Shown: positions 3,895 to 13,637 of the stretch, in pieces
Layout: each line of letters starts with the position of its first letter
Numbering within the stretch: the stretch's first letter is position 1
IMG/VR virus record: IMGVR_UViG_3300025876_000005
Location: 136,643 to 176,489 of that record
Strand: one strand, 5' to 3'
Origin: a virus
Length of the DNA stretch: 39,847 nt
Notes under the pieces: model-generated
Told to the model about the DNA's origin: nothing
The model's input: only the letters and a program-made list of their open reading frames with translations
The model's database searches: none
Made by a program: the position numbers and the translations under genes

Positions 3895-4785
3895 ATGAAT
3901 ATACTTGCAAATGATGGTTTACATGAACTGGCAATTAATAAATTAGAAGAGCTAGGACATAAGGTCTTCACAGAACATGTTGAGCAGAAAGACTTGGCAG
4001 TCTGGATTAATGAGAATGAGATTGAAGCACTCTTTGTACGCTCAGCGACTAAAGTTAGAGAAGATCTAATCAAGAACTGTCCTAATTTAAAGTATATTGG
4101 CCGTGCTGGTGTGGGCCTAGATAATATCGACGTCGACCATGCTCAAGAGCAGGGTCGACATGTCTTTAACACACCAAAAGCAAGTTCAAGATCAGTGGCT
4201 GAACTGGTGATGACTTACATCTATGACTGGAGTCGTAGAGTAGGGCCGGCAAACTACATGATGAGCAACGCTGCGTTCAATGATGTTAAAAAAGGCATCT
4301 CAAGAATCTCGTATGAAGTCCAAGGTAAAACTCTAGGTGTTATTGGCTTTGGCAATATAGGTCAAACGGTGGCCAAGCTAGCTGAAGCAAACGGTATGGA
4401 TATTTTAGTATATGATCCGAATGTAGACTGTAAATGGTCAACTTCAATGGAGACACTCTTGATCGAGTCTGACTTTATTACAGTACATATTGGTGGCAAA
4501 GCTGAAGTGCTTAAGGCTGCTGATTTTGAGATGACAAAACCAAGTGCTGTTGTGATTAACACTTCTCGTGGTGGCTGTGTCAACGAAGAAGATCTACTTA
4601 ATGCTATCAAAGAAAAGCAACTTGCCGGAGCATGTCTGGATGTTTTCACGAATGAACCTGAGCCAGATCGTAGACTCTTAAACAATTCAAGAGTGATTGC
4701 AACACCACATATCGGTGGCTCAACCAACGAGGCTCAGGTTAAAATTGGACTTGAACTAGTAAGTCAGCTTGAGGAATTAGCATAA
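3895..4785 (+). CDS. serA: D-3-phosphoglycerate dehydrogenase / D-2-hydroxyacid dehydrogenase (no ACT domain)
   Basis: ILANDG start, VRSATKV, RAGVGLDNID, GVIGFGNIG Rossmann, INTSRG, DVF.NEP, TPHIGGST.EAQ. Confidence 0.88.
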   Translation: MNILANDGLHELAINKLEELGHKVFTEHVEQKDLAVWINENEIEALFVRSATKVREDLIKNCPNLKYIGRAGVGLDNIDVDHAQEQGRHVFNTPKASSRSVAELVMTYIYDWSRRVGPANYMMSNAAFNDVKKGISRISYEVQGKTLGVIGFGNIGQTVAKLAEANGMDILVYDPNVDCKWSTSMETLLIESDFITVHIGGKAEVLKAADFEMTKPSAVVINTSRGGCVNEEDLLNAIKEKQLAGACLDVFTNEPEPDRRLLNNSRVIATPHIGGSTNEAQVKIGLELVSQLEELA

Positions 4786-4832
4786 AGAAGGGCTCAGCTA
4801 GGATATATAGTAGAAATAGACGATCTACTTAT

Positions 4833-5141
4833 ATGAAATCAAAATGGTTTTTTGGCTGGGAGAACATTAAATGGTTCATCCGTGAAATTAGAAGCTTATA
4901 TAGCGGTGAAGATTCTTTCTTCTCAAAGAAAAGAATTGAGTCTGGGATAGCATTTATTGTTGGCCAATGGGGTATGATCTATTTCTTAACTAAGAACATC
5001 AACTCTTTGACAGCTTCAGATATTGTACTATGGGCTGGTGTAGAGTTTGCAATCGCGGGCTATATGGTTAATGCGATCCAGAAGGAGAAGAAAGAGAATG
5101 CTAAGACTCCAAAAGAGTTCTTAGAGGAGAACGAAGACTAA
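4833..5141 (+). CDS. Small two-TM membrane protein
   Basis: Two hydrophobic segments, charged tail; GATATATA motif upstream. Confidence 0.65.
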   Translation: MKSKWFFGWENIKWFIREIRSLYSGEDSFFSKKRIESGIAFIVGQWGMIYFLTKNINSLTASDIVLWAGVEFAIAGYMVNAIQKEKKENAKTPKEFLEENED

Positions 5142-5157
5142 GATTGTTAATAACTTT

Positions 5158-5225
5158 TTGCAAAATAATTGGCCTGACATTTTTTTATGTCAGGCTTTTT
5201 TATTATATTTACACTGTACTTAAAA
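5158..5225 (+). promoter_or_regulatory. Early promoter with palindrome CCTGACA..TGTCAGG
   Basis: TTATATTTACACTGTA core; near-identical to 9716-9780. Confidence 0.75.
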
Positions 5226-5233
5226 ACAAAGAC

Positions 5234-5626
5234 ATGACAAAAATACCAAAGATCTACAAGCACGGCATTGAAATTACAAAACCTTGGTCACAAGAGATGT
5301 ATGACTATAATGACAATATCAGAGCTCATATGATTAAAGAGACTAAGTCTGCAATCAACACACTTCAAGATGAAGCCACTGCTAATAAGCTAGCAAAGAT
5401 TATTAATCCTTATGGTTATGGTGAAGGTTATAACTTAGCCAGTATGAAGGCTGATATGTTAAAGAACGCTGATAACTTTGAAAACTACTGGTTAGCAGAG
5501 ATCTGGGACGAACTAATCGACGCTGAGTTTGTAATGCCAAACTTTGGCGAGGGCAACGAGGTCTTTCACATCATTGGCTTTGAATCTCGTGAAGAAATCT
5601 TAGAACTACGTAAAAAATTCGCATAA
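5234..5626 (+). CDS. Hypothetical early protein
   Basis: ATG5234 downstream of early promoter (listed 5144 start runs through promoter). Confidence 0.7.
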   Translation: MTKIPKIYKHGIEITKPWSQEMYDYNDNIRAHMIKETKSAINTLQDEATANKLAKIINPYGYGEGYNLASMKADMLKNADNFENYWLAEIWDELIDAEFVMPNFGEGNEVFHIIGFESREEILELRKKFA

Positions 5627-5841
5627 TGATAAGAGAAAAACAACCACAATCAGAGATTGTAATTGACCTAACAGGTCCAGATGGAAATGCATTCGCACTT
5701 TTAGGAATGGCTAGAAAATTTGCTAAGCAATTAGGAATACCACACCAACCAATTGAAGATGATATGATGTCCGGTGATTATGAACACTTAATCCAAGTCT
5801 TTGATCGTGAATTCGGTAACTTTGTAATCTTAGAGCGATGA
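5626..5841 (+). CDS. Conserved phage hypothetical protein
   Basis: GPDGNAF..G and MSGDYEHL motifs familiar from phage early proteins; TAATG coupling. Confidence 0.75.
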   Translation: MIREKQPQSEIVIDLTGPDGNAFALLGMARKFAKQLGIPHQPIEDDMMSGDYEHLIQVFDREFGNFVILER

Positions 5842-5972
5842 TAATATTTATGGAACAAACTTTGGCAATTATTGCCAACCAGAACAAGGCTTTCTTTCAA
5901 GGCCTGGTAAAACAAGGCGAGGTTAGAGAGACTGAAGCCGGCCAAAAATATTTAAGGATTAAAGACAAATAA
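5838..5972 (+). CDS. Small hypothetical protein (start 5838 or 5850)
   Basis: ATGA overlap; MEQTLAIIANQNKAFFQGLVKQGEVRETEAGQKYLRIKDK fills gap before ligase. Confidence 0.55.
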   Translation: MIIFMEQTLAIIANQNKAFFQGLVKQGEVRETEAGQKYLRIKDK

Positions 5973-5974
5973 AG

Positions 5975-7270
5975 ATGACAGTATTAGACAAGGTACAAGA
6001 GTTTGTAGATGCTTCTAATCTAACCAACTCAAACTCAGACAAGCTTAACGTAATCAAGCACTTTAGCACCGACGTAGAAGTGATGAAGATGTTGAGATAT
6101 GTCTATCACCCAACTAAACAGTTCTATGTAACCTCAGACAACTGTAAGAAGCGTTCTGAGCTCATCAGCTATGGTTACAAAGATATATTTACACTCTTAG
6201 ATGACCTTGCAACCAGGTTCATCACAGGCCACACAGCAATTGCAGCCGTGAATGGCTTCGTGAGTGCTAATCCGCGCCATGCAGATCTAATCTGGAACAT
6301 TCTAGACCGTAATCTAAAGACGCGTTCGACAACCTCAATGATTAACAAGATTGTACCAGGCTTAATCCCAACCTTTGATGTGGCCTTGGCTAAGGCTTAT
6401 GATGAGAAGACTCAGAAGAAAGTAAACTGGAACGATGGTTGGTATATGAGCCGTAAATTGGATGGAGTACGTTGTGTCTGTGTAATCGACGAGACTGGTG
6501 CCATCAATTTCTACAGCCGCCAAGGTAAAGAGTTTGAAACCCTAGACAACGTGCGTAAAGCACTTGAGCCATATGGTCTACGTAAGATTGTACTAGACGG
6601 TGAGATCTGTATGGTAGACGCAGAGGGCAACGAGAACTTTCAAGGCATTATGAAGGAGATCAAGCGTAAGGACCACACAATTCAGAATCCAAAGTTCTTG
6701 GCCTTTGATATTTTACACCAAGATGAATTCGAGAGCTGTACCTCAGAGCGTACCTTTTCAGAGCGCCAAGAAGAGCTCGAGCTCTTTGTTGATACTTATG
6801 ACACTGCTGGTATTATCGAACATGTGGCGCAGATCAGAGTTGAATCTGACCAAGATCTACAAGACTACGTGGATCTCGCTAGCAAATCTGGCTGGGAAGG
6901 CCTAATGCTACGTAAAGATGTGGTCTACCAAGGCAAACGCAGCACGGATGTCTTAAAGGTTAAGAAATTCCATGATGCTGAATATACCGTAGTTGCAGTT
7001 GAGAGTGATCTACACCGAGTTGTAGTCGACGGTCAAGAGGTAGAAGAAGAGATGCTCAGTCACGTGATTGTGGAACACCGTGGCAACCAGGTTCGAGTAG
7101 GCAGTGGTTTCAACCACGAACAGCGTAGAATGTATCACAGCAACCCTGAGCGTATTCTGAACAAGACGATCACGGTACAATACTTTGAAGAGAGTCAGAA
7201 CAAGAACGGCGAGTACTCGTTAAGGTTTCCTGTGGTTAAGGCAATCTATGAAAATGGCCGAGATTTTTAA
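5975..7270 (+). CDS. lig: ATP-dependent DNA ligase
   Basis: KLDGVR motif I, LDGEI, FDIL, EGLMLR, KVK, VGSGF, LRFP. Confidence 0.95.
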   Translation: MTVLDKVQEFVDASNLTNSNSDKLNVIKHFSTDVEVMKMLRYVYHPTKQFYVTSDNCKKRSELISYGYKDIFTLLDDLATRFITGHTAIAAVNGFVSANPRHADLIWNILDRNLKTRSTTSMINKIVPGLIPTFDVALAKAYDEKTQKKVNWNDGWYMSRKLDGVRCVCVIDETGAINFYSRQGKEFETLDNVRKALEPYGLRKIVLDGEICMVDAEGNENFQGIMKEIKRKDHTIQNPKFLAFDILHQDEFESCTSERTFSERQEELELFVDTYDTAGIIEHVAQIRVESDQDLQDYVDLASKSGWEGLMLRKDVVYQGKRSTDVLKVKKFHDAEYTVVAVESDLHRVVVDGQEVEEEMLSHVIVEHRGNQVRVGSGFNHEQRRMYHSNPERILNKTITVQYFEESQNKNGEYSLRFPVVKAIYENGRDF

Positions 7271-7278
7271 CAAAATAA

Positions 7279-7335
7279 TTGCAAAAAAGTTTTCTAGTGT
7301 CAATCTTTTTGTTTATATTTACACTGTAATTAAAA
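7279..7335 (+). promoter_or_regulatory. Early promoter
   Basis: TTGCAAAAAAG..GTGTC..TTATATTTACACTGTAAT. Confidence 0.75.
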
Positions 7336-7344
7336 ACAAACAAT

Positions 7345-7647
7345 ATGAAAACATTTAAAGATTTAGTATTCAGTAAAAAGAGAATCCATACTGGTGGTAT
7401 TAACAGCCGAACAGACTTTGACAATGGATTTTCAATTAGTGTAATCGCAGGTGGGTTGGCTTACAGTACACCACGTGAAGATAAGGATAGTCCTGATGAC
7501 TTTGCTTCATTTGAGGTAGCAGTATTTGCTCCTGATGGTGAGTTTACACGTGAATTCTTCCCTGAAGATCATAATGATGATGTTTTGGGATGGCAAGATC
7601 GAGGTCAAATCAACGCTATAATGTTATTAATCCAATCTAAAGGCTAA
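7345..7647 (+). CDS. Hypothetical early protein
   Basis: ORF after promoter; FDNGFSISV, FEVAV, DVLGW. Confidence 0.75.
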   Translation: MKTFKDLVFSKKRIHTGGINSRTDFDNGFSISVIAGGLAYSTPREDKDSPDDFASFEVAVFAPDGEFTREFFPEDHNDDVLGWQDRGQINAIMLLIQSKG

Positions 7648-7674
7648 TTAAATTTTAAAAATAATTAACGCGAG

Positions 7675-7722
7675 ATTTTTTAGTCTCGGGTTTTTTGCTT
7701 ATATTAGTACTATAATTAAAAA
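7675..7722 (+). promoter_or_regulatory. Early promoter
   Basis: CGAGA..TCTCG palindrome, TTATATTAGTACTATAAT. Confidence 0.7.
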
Positions 7723-7731
7723 ACAAGCACA

Positions 7732-8109
7732 ATGGCAACACGTAGCAGAATCGGAATCGTAAAAGAAAATGGCACAGTGGAATCAATCTACTGTCACTGG
7801 GATGGCTACCCAGAAAACAACGGCCAACTCCTATTAGACAACTATGACTATGAGATGGCACAAGGGCTAATTGAACTTGGTGATATTTCATCTTTAGGTA
7901 AATCACCAGATCACACTGAAGCATACTGCCGAGATCGCGGTGAAGAGTACAGAGACCCTAGATTTGATGAGTCGATGGATGCTTTCTTTGAGAGCGACAT
8001 TGAAGAGTATGGCTACTTAATCACACCAGATGGTGAATGGTATATGAAGTCAGCAAACAGCTACAATAATGATTATATGCCATTAGGATATTATTTTGCA
8101 GAAGCTTAA
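7732..8109 (+). CDS. Conserved phage protein (MATRSRIG..YCHWDGYP family)
   Basis: YCHWDGYP, GDISSL, EEYGY motifs. Confidence 0.8.
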   Translation: MATRSRIGIVKENGTVESIYCHWDGYPENNGQLLLDNYDYEMAQGLIELGDISSLGKSPDHTEAYCRDRGEEYRDPRFDESMDAFFESDIEEYGYLITPDGEWYMKSANSYNNDYMPLGYYFAEA

Positions 8110-8127
8110 ACGTTAAAATAAATCAAC

Positions 8128-8457
8128 ATGAACAAAGGAATTATTGGCCTAGTGGCCATCGTAGCAATCGCAATTATTGGCTTTGAGATAGCCAGTTTTA
8201 CCAACAAAGAAACTGTTAAGACCGCTGTAACCGACAAGGAACGCATTGTCAAAAAGAGTGGTGAGAGCATCGAATCTTACTACCTCATTTATACGGAGGC
8301 TGGCACTTTTAAACTAGAAGACGAACTATTGTATGGTAACTTTAACTCAAGTGACTGGTATGGTAAGATCAAACCTGACAGCACATATGAATTTACCACA
8401 ATCGGTTTTCGTATTGGTTTTTTAAGTGAGTACCCTAACATTGTAGAATTCAAATAA
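8128..8457 (+). CDS. Membrane-anchored/secreted protein (possibly DUF1523-like)
   Basis: N-terminal TM; TDKER, YLIYT, NSSD.Y, GFRI.FLS.YPNI. Confidence 0.7.
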   Translation: MNKGIIGLVAIVAIAIIGFEIASFTNKETVKTAVTDKERIVKKSGESIESYYLIYTEAGTFKLEDELLYGNFNSSDWYGKIKPDSTYEFTTIGFRIGFLSEYPNIVEFK

Positions 8458-8458
8458 G

Positions 8459-8680
8459 ATGAAAACAAATACAACACAAGAATTTAGGTTAAATCCCAAT
8501 GAAGTCAAGGACATTTTAGTAAGACATCTAATGAAGTCGGGTCATATTAAGGGTGATGTCGATATGGATAAGGTCGCAATGTCGGATCTTACAAAGACTA
8601 GAACTGAACCCGGGGGAGATCCTCACGACGCATATTACATAGAATATTTTGATGGACTTAAAATTACAATCTATGAGTAA
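8459..8680 (+). CDS. Hypothetical protein
   Basis: Tightly packed ORF. Confidence 0.65.
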   Translation: MKTNTTQEFRLNPNEVKDILVRHLMKSGHIKGDVDMDKVAMSDLTKTRTEPGGDPHDAYYIEYFDGLKITIYE

Positions 8681-9122
8681 AAAGAAACACAACCCAGTAG
8701 AGGCTTTAAAGAAGGCCTTTGAAGAAGTGGTAAACGATCCTGAGTTACAAGGAAACTATGATCGATTCAAGAGTGCGTTAAAAAGGGCCAAGAATGAACA
8801 TAATGAGCTTGTACCGGTGGTTAATAGAAACCTTGACGAGATTCTTACCTTGAAGGAATCCATCCTAAACTTGGCAATGCTTGGTATTATCTCAACAGAG
8901 GCCAGAGACAGGGTCCTTCAGCTAGAGGCTGACAATGAAGACATGATTCACATGATTGAGCGCTATAAATCTGAGATCGATGAAAACCAGGCCTTAATCG
9001 AAAAGTATGACAGCTTGAATGACCATAAACTTTTTGTCTGGTGGCAGGCCCTGGTTGCCGTAGATCCAGAAACCCAGCCTTGGTTTAAGTGGAAAGAAAC
9101 TTTTAAAGATAAAATTATATAA
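8673..9122 (+). CDS. Hypothetical coiled-coil protein
   Basis: ATG8673 overlapping upstream ORF end. Confidence 0.65.
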   Translation: MSKKKHNPVEALKKAFEEVVNDPELQGNYDRFKSALKRAKNEHNELVPVVNRNLDEILTLKESILNLAMLGIISTEARDRVLQLEADNEDMIHMIERYKSEIDENQALIEKYDSLNDHKLFVWWQALVAVDPETQPWFKWKETFKDKII

Positions 9123-9127
9123 AAGAT

Positions 9128-9700
9128 ATGGGAGCAGATATACACATGTTTGTTGAGTACCGAAACAAGAAGCGGGCTCAAGAAGACAAGACAGGAGGTC
9201 GTAAACCCTATTGGTACTCTTATGGAAACCATACAAATCCGGGTAGAAACTACACTCTATTTGGAATATTAGCGGGAGTTAGAGGTAAATATGGAGACTC
9301 ATTTGAGCCTAAAGGTAAATTAGATCGTGAAGAGATGGGCTGGTCGAGCCGAGATGCTAATTGGTGCTATATTAGCAAAGATTGTGTTGAAACTGACTTT
9401 GAGAACGGCTGTACAAATCTAGAGACTGCAAAGAAATGGGAGGGTTATGGCTGTAAGATCGAGAACGACCAGAATGGTGTGCCATCATGGGTCGAACACC
9501 CAGAATGGCACTCACACTCTTGGATGAGCATTGAAGAACTGGAAGAGGCTTTCAAACGTTATAAAGTACATGCAACTTTAGATTGGGGAGAAGACGTCAC
9601 TAAACCTCCAGTAGAGTATCAGGCACTCCTAGCCTCGATGAAGGCCCTCGAAGATGATGGTGAAAATGAGGTTAGAGTAGTATTTTGGTTTGATAACTAA
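9128..9700 (+). CDS. Conserved phage protein (MG.DIH..RNY..F..HS.SW..WFDN family)
   Basis: Motif pattern; GAAAC promoter at 9096. Confidence 0.8.
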   Translation: MGADIHMFVEYRNKKRAQEDKTGGRKPYWYSYGNHTNPGRNYTLFGILAGVRGKYGDSFEPKGKLDREEMGWSSRDANWCYISKDCVETDFENGCTNLETAKKWEGYGCKIENDQNGVPSWVEHPEWHSHSWMSIEELEEAFKRYKVHATLDWGEDVTKPPVEYQALLASMKALEDDGENEVRVVFWFDN

Positions 9701-9715
9701 AAAAGTTGCAAAAAA

Positions 9716-9780
9716 TTGCAAAAAAGTTGGCCTGACATTTTTTTATGTCAGGCTTTTTTATTATATTTACACTGTAAATC
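9716..9780 (+). promoter_or_regulatory. Early promoter
   Basis: TTGGCCTGACATTTTTTTATGTCAGGC..TTATATTTACACTGTA. Confidence 0.75.
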
Positions 9781-9793
9781 AATAATAAGAACA

Positions 9794-9979
9794 ATGAACT
9801 TAGACAGACTTAAACAGATGACGGTGCAGTTGATGGCTAACCATCCAGAGCACAAAGAAGAACTAATGGAACTCTATCAACTTGCAGTTGACGAGATCGA
9901 AGATGGTGGTAGTGAAGCTCATGAATGTGAGTTGGCTATCTCAGACATGGAGTATTTGGTCGAGAATGGAGAGCTATGA
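9794..9979 (+). CDS. Small acidic early protein
   Basis: ATG9794 after promoter. Confidence 0.7.
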   Translation: MNLDRLKQMTVQLMANHPEHKEELMELYQLAVDEIEDGGSEAHECELAISDMEYLVENGEL

Positions 9980-10323
9980 GTAAGATAGTCTTGCCAGCTG
10001 ATCCATTCTATGGAGCTGTTTTTGCAATTGTAAAGACACTTAGTGGTACTTACGTCTGTCCAGGATGGCATCCAGTGCCATCAGGTACAACCAGAGATCA
10101 GATTGAGTTTGATATGACGTCTATACCATCTGTAGAAAAGGTCGTCACAGAAGAGCCTAAAATGGCTAAGAAAGAATGGCAAGTTGAGTCCTCGAAGAAG
10201 AGCAAATTTTATACAGTTTCGCTTAACAGCTCAACTTGGGATTGTACTTGCCCGGCTAAGAATTTCCACAGAGGCGACTGTAAACACATAAAAGCTCAAA
10301 AAAGTTTGCAAAAAGTTTTTTAG
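9976..10323 (+). CDS. SWIM zinc-finger protein
   Basis: WDCTCP..F...CKHI. Confidence 0.8.
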   Translation: MSKIVLPADPFYGAVFAIVKTLSGTYVCPGWHPVPSGTTRDQIEFDMTSIPSVEKVVTEEPKMAKKEWQVESSKKSKFYTVSLNSSTWDCTCPAKNFHRGDCKHIKAQKSLQKVF

Positions 10324-10362
10324 TGTCAATCTTTTTTATTATATTAGTACTGTAATTAAAAC
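10306..10362 (+). promoter_or_regulatory. Early promoter
   Basis: TTGCAAAAAG..GTGTC..TTATATTAGTACTGTAAT. Confidence 0.75.
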
Positions 10363-10377
10363 TAAAACATAAATCAT

Positions 10378-10812
10378 ATGCCTTACATCACAAAAGAACA
10401 AGTTAAAGCTAAAAGAGAAGCACTTAAGAAAGCGCTTCCAGAATTTAAACTATCAATCACTACTGAACATTATAGTGGGATTAAAGTTGCAATCATGAGA
10501 GGTCCTTCGGACTTTGGAACTGAATATTCACAACTTAACCCATATCATGACTATAGAGCAGAAACATGGAATAGAGATACTGAAGAGTATGAAAGTAATC
10601 CAGCAATCGCAGATATTATGGATATTATTATGCCTATTTTAAACGAGGGTAAAGGAGCTTCTACTGAAGACGGCGATTATGGAATGATTCCAGATTATTA
10701 TACTTGGGTACATATTGGTAAATGGGACAAGCCTTATGTTTGTACTAAGATTGCTGGTGTGGATTTTTCGGAATCTCTTAATCAATTAGATAACTTATCA
10801 ATACTTTCATAA
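10378..10812 (+). CDS. Hypothetical early protein
   Basis: ORF after promoter; IGKWDKPY. Confidence 0.75.
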   Translation: MPYITKEQVKAKREALKKALPEFKLSITTEHYSGIKVAIMRGPSDFGTEYSQLNPYHDYRAETWNRDTEEYESNPAIADIMDIIMPILNEGKGASTEDGDYGMIPDYYTWVHIGKWDKPYVCTKIAGVDFSESLNQLDNLSILS

Positions 10813-10839
10813 TACGACACAATTAACTATAAAAAAACA

Positions 10840-11382
10840 ATGGATAAGAATAATTTCACCGAATTTGAAAAGACTCTGTTAGAAGACATGAATCGCAGAG
10901 CAATGCTAATCGTAAAGACCGAAGAGTTCTTACGAGAGAATAAGATCTCTTTTAACAAAGATTTGCTCTATGAATTACCAGACGATACTTTAAGAGACCT
11001 GTGTGAGAACTGGAATCCAGAGAATCAAAAAAATCGCAGAAAAACTGCTATGTCTGAAACACTCAGGCCAGGTAACCATACAATTAACGGCAGTTTAGCA
11101 AAAGACAAGGTTAGTCAGCTGACCTTTAAGGATCAGAGCGATATAATGCGCCGAATCTTGAACGATGTAGCTGCCGATTATCAGTTCGATAAAAACAGCC
11201 CAGATTATTTAGGCTTCTTAAACTGCTCACCGATCGACGACGGTTGGCCCGAGATTGAGCGCTACGTGTTGGCAGTCTTCTTGACTAGAGAACGTAGCAT
11301 ATTAGACTCAATGCTTAAAGAAAGAGGCCTAGACATTGAAGCCGGAGCTGACCTAGAAGAGATCATCTTTATTGAGCGCTAG
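10840..11382 (+). CDS. Hypothetical protein
   Basis: 180-aa ORF. Confidence 0.7.
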   Translation: MDKNNFTEFEKTLLEDMNRRAMLIVKTEEFLRENKISFNKDLLYELPDDTLRDLCENWNPENQKNRRKTAMSETLRPGNHTINGSLAKDKVSQLTFKDQSDIMRRILNDVAADYQFDKNSPDYLGFLNCSPIDDGWPEIERYVLAVFLTRERSILDSMLKERGLDIEAGADLEEIIFIER

Positions 11383-11787
11383 ATGGAGATTAGAGTACCA
11401 AGACATAGGCACGACGTGCCAGAGAATAAAGTTCTGGTTCTAGGCATCTCACCAGGCTTTGCTGGTTCTCGAGCTAACTCAAAGTCAGTGCAGAGAGTAA
11501 ACCGATGGCTGGCTGAATGTGGCGTTGTTGAGACCGAATATGACTGGCAAAACTGCTCAGATCAGCCTGGAGCTCGACCTAAACAGAGCGATATTGTAAA
11601 GAACAGATATGAAGTAGCACTCTACGACAAAGTAATCTGTCTGGGCAATTTTCCAGCGAGATGGTGTCGTTTACTTAGTATTGATCACATTAAGGTGCCA
11701 CATCCAAGCGGTGTTAACCGAAAATGGAATGACCCGACAACTGAACCTGAGACTGTAGAACAGATAAGAAACTATTTAAACCGATAA
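11383..11787 (+). CDS. Uracil-DNA glycosylase-like superfamily protein (minimal)
   Basis: VLGISPG, VICLG, PHPSGVNR motifs. Confidence 0.7.
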   Translation: MEIRVPRHRHDVPENKVLVLGISPGFAGSRANSKSVQRVNRWLAECGVVETEYDWQNCSDQPGARPKQSDIVKNRYEVALYDKVICLGNFPARWCRLLSIDHIKVPHPSGVNRKWNDPTTEPETVEQIRNYLNR

Positions 11788-11799
11788 GATATAACCAAT

Positions 11800-12300
11800 A
11801 TGGGTACAAATTACACAAGAGTTCCGAAGAGCGACGAGATAAATGCTCGCAAACAAAAGTTAAATATGAGGCTGCAAGAGGTCGACATGTGGAACCCGGC
11901 CATGATCGAAAGAGGCTATCGCTACATTGACTGCCCAAAAGATGAATGGGAACAACTTTCACCATGGGATGAATTCTTAGATGGCACTGCGGTGCACTTG
12001 GGTAAGCGAAGCATGGGCTGGAAATTCTGCTGGAACTTTCACAACAACAAATGGTACTCTAATCGGGAAGAGTTAATTAAATTTGTTTTGAGTGGACGAG
12101 TAGTTGATGAGTATGGTGAAGAAATAGACTCACAAGAATTCTTAGATATGGCATTTAATTGGGGCGAACCTGATGGTTTAGTCGCAGATAAAGAATATTT
12201 TGATACGACCAATCACCACCATTGGATGAGTAACCCGGAAGATTATTATGACATTGTGGTTGATGGTCTTAGAGTAAGTAGTTCAACTGAATTTAGTTAA
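11800..12300 (+). CDS. Conserved phage protein (MGTNY..HLGKRS.GWKF)
   Basis: Motif pattern; GAAAC promoter at 11768. Confidence 0.75.
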   Translation: MGTNYTRVPKSDEINARKQKLNMRLQEVDMWNPAMIERGYRYIDCPKDEWEQLSPWDEFLDGTAVHLGKRSMGWKFCWNFHNNKWYSNREELIKFVLSGRVVDEYGEEIDSQEFLDMAFNWGEPDGLVADKEYFDTTNHHHWMSNPEDYYDIVVDGLRVSSSTEFS

Positions 12301-12302
12301 AG

Positions 12303-12692
12303 ATGAAAAATTACTACATGACAGACGAAGACTTCACTAGTTTCTTAGATGAGATTGGTGGTCTCGAGAACGGCTACTTCACAGATCGACCTAGGATCAA
12401 AGAGGCTGGCTTTTTTGCAATTGGCCCAGGCTGGTATGGTATAGTCAAAGACTTAATTGAGAAGTCAATTGCTGCCGGCTGGGACCGTCAGATATGTCAG
12501 GTCAAAGAGAAGTTTGGTGGCCTGCGTTTCTATATCAACGGAGCTTCAGAAGAAGTTTGGGCTCTAATTAGAGAGGCTGAAGAGAAGAGCTACGAGGTTT
12601 GTGAGGAATGTGGCGAACCGGGCGAGATGCGACATGGTGGCTGGATAGTTACACTCTGTGATAAACATAACGAAGAAAGGAGTAAGAAATGA
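12303..12692 (+). CDS. Conserved phage protein with C-terminal Zn ribbon
   Basis: GW, QVKEKFGGLRFY, CEECG..W..TLC..H. Confidence 0.8.
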   Translation: MKNYYMTDEDFTSFLDEIGGLENGYFTDRPRIKEAGFFAIGPGWYGIVKDLIEKSIAAGWDRQICQVKEKFGGLRFYINGASEEVWALIREAEEKSYEVCEECGEPGEMRHGGWIVTLCDKHNEERSKK

Positions 12693-13303
12693 AAGTAATA
12701 TTTTTAGATAACGATGGCGTAATCTGCCTCTCAAATAATTGGGGCTCTCGCCACAAAAAACAAAAAGAATGGGGAGGTCTCAAGCTTTCAATGAGCATGC
12801 GAGAAATCCCACTGGAGTATCGATTCGATAACTTCGATGCAAAGGCAGTCAAGGTACTTAACTCAATACTAGAGGAAACTGGAGCAGAGATTGTAGTCTC
12901 TTCGGACTGGAGACTCTATGCAAGCATTGAAGAATTGGGTGATTACTACGAGGCTCAGGGTATTATTAAGAGACCAATTGACGGCACTGAGATATTCCAC
13001 TACACTAATTGGCTCGAAGATGGACTTATTAAAGATCATGGAGAGTTTCCATGGAGTCGCAACGAAAGTCGAGAGCAAGAGAGACACTTTGAGATTAAGC
13101 GCTGGTTAAGAGACCACCCAGAAGTTACTCATTGGGCTGCTATTGATGACCTACATATGGGCGTTCATGTTGAAAATAGTAGTTATGGTCCATTTGACCG
13201 AGAGGATTGGGGTCTTGAAAACTTTGTTTGGACGCCAAGAGACTTTGAGGGAATTAAACAATCCGGTATTAAAGATAAAGTACTTAAATTTCTAAATGAT
13301 TAG
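12689..13303 (+). CDS. HAD-family phosphatase (HAD_SAK_2, RNA-repair-associated type)
   Basis: IFLDNDGV, IVVSSDWR, R..EI..WL, AIDD. Confidence 0.8.
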   Translation: MKVIFLDNDGVICLSNNWGSRHKKQKEWGGLKLSMSMREIPLEYRFDNFDAKAVKVLNSILEETGAEIVVSSDWRLYASIEELGDYYEAQGIIKRPIDGTEIFHYTNWLEDGLIKDHGEFPWSRNESREQERHFEIKRWLRDHPEVTHWAAIDDLHMGVHVENSSYGPFDREDWGLENFVWTPRDFEGIKQSGIKDKVLKFLND

Positions 13304-13307
13304 TGAT

Positions 13308-13637
13308 ATGCAGTTTAAAATGAAAGGTAAAAAGAGAAGCTACAGCTTCTGGAGTTGGGTCTTAAAAAAGGCTCAAGGAAAAGTTAAAGAGACAGAAGCG
13401 AAGACAGTTAACTTAATCTCAGTTACGTTTCCAAGCGCGTTCTGTATGCTGATTCGGTACGAGATCATCAACACCGGTCAAAAGTACGAGATTGTGATAC
13501 AAGGCGACTATCAAGATCAATATAGAGCCTGGAAGGAATCAGAGGAGCAGGAGATCCCGGAAGCAGTTATAGTGGAGTTGCTTATCACAGAGAATCATGC
13601 TAATGCCAAACAAGTTGCAGCTAAATCAATGGCGTGA
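13308..13637 (+). CDS. Hypothetical protein (start uncertain)
   Basis: ORF with in-frame ATGs at 13296, 13308, 13320. Confidence 0.6.
   Translation: MQFKMKGKKRSYSFWSWVLKKAQGKVKETEAKTVNLISVTFPSAFCMLIRYEIINTGQKYEIVIQGDYQDQYRAWKESEEQEIPEAVIVELLITENHANAKQVAAKSMA

Noticed and set aside
5144-5233. N-terminal extensions of ORFs at 5144, 9716, 16467 and 2620
   Set aside because: They run through promoters, a terminator or a tRNA; downstream ATGs chosen.
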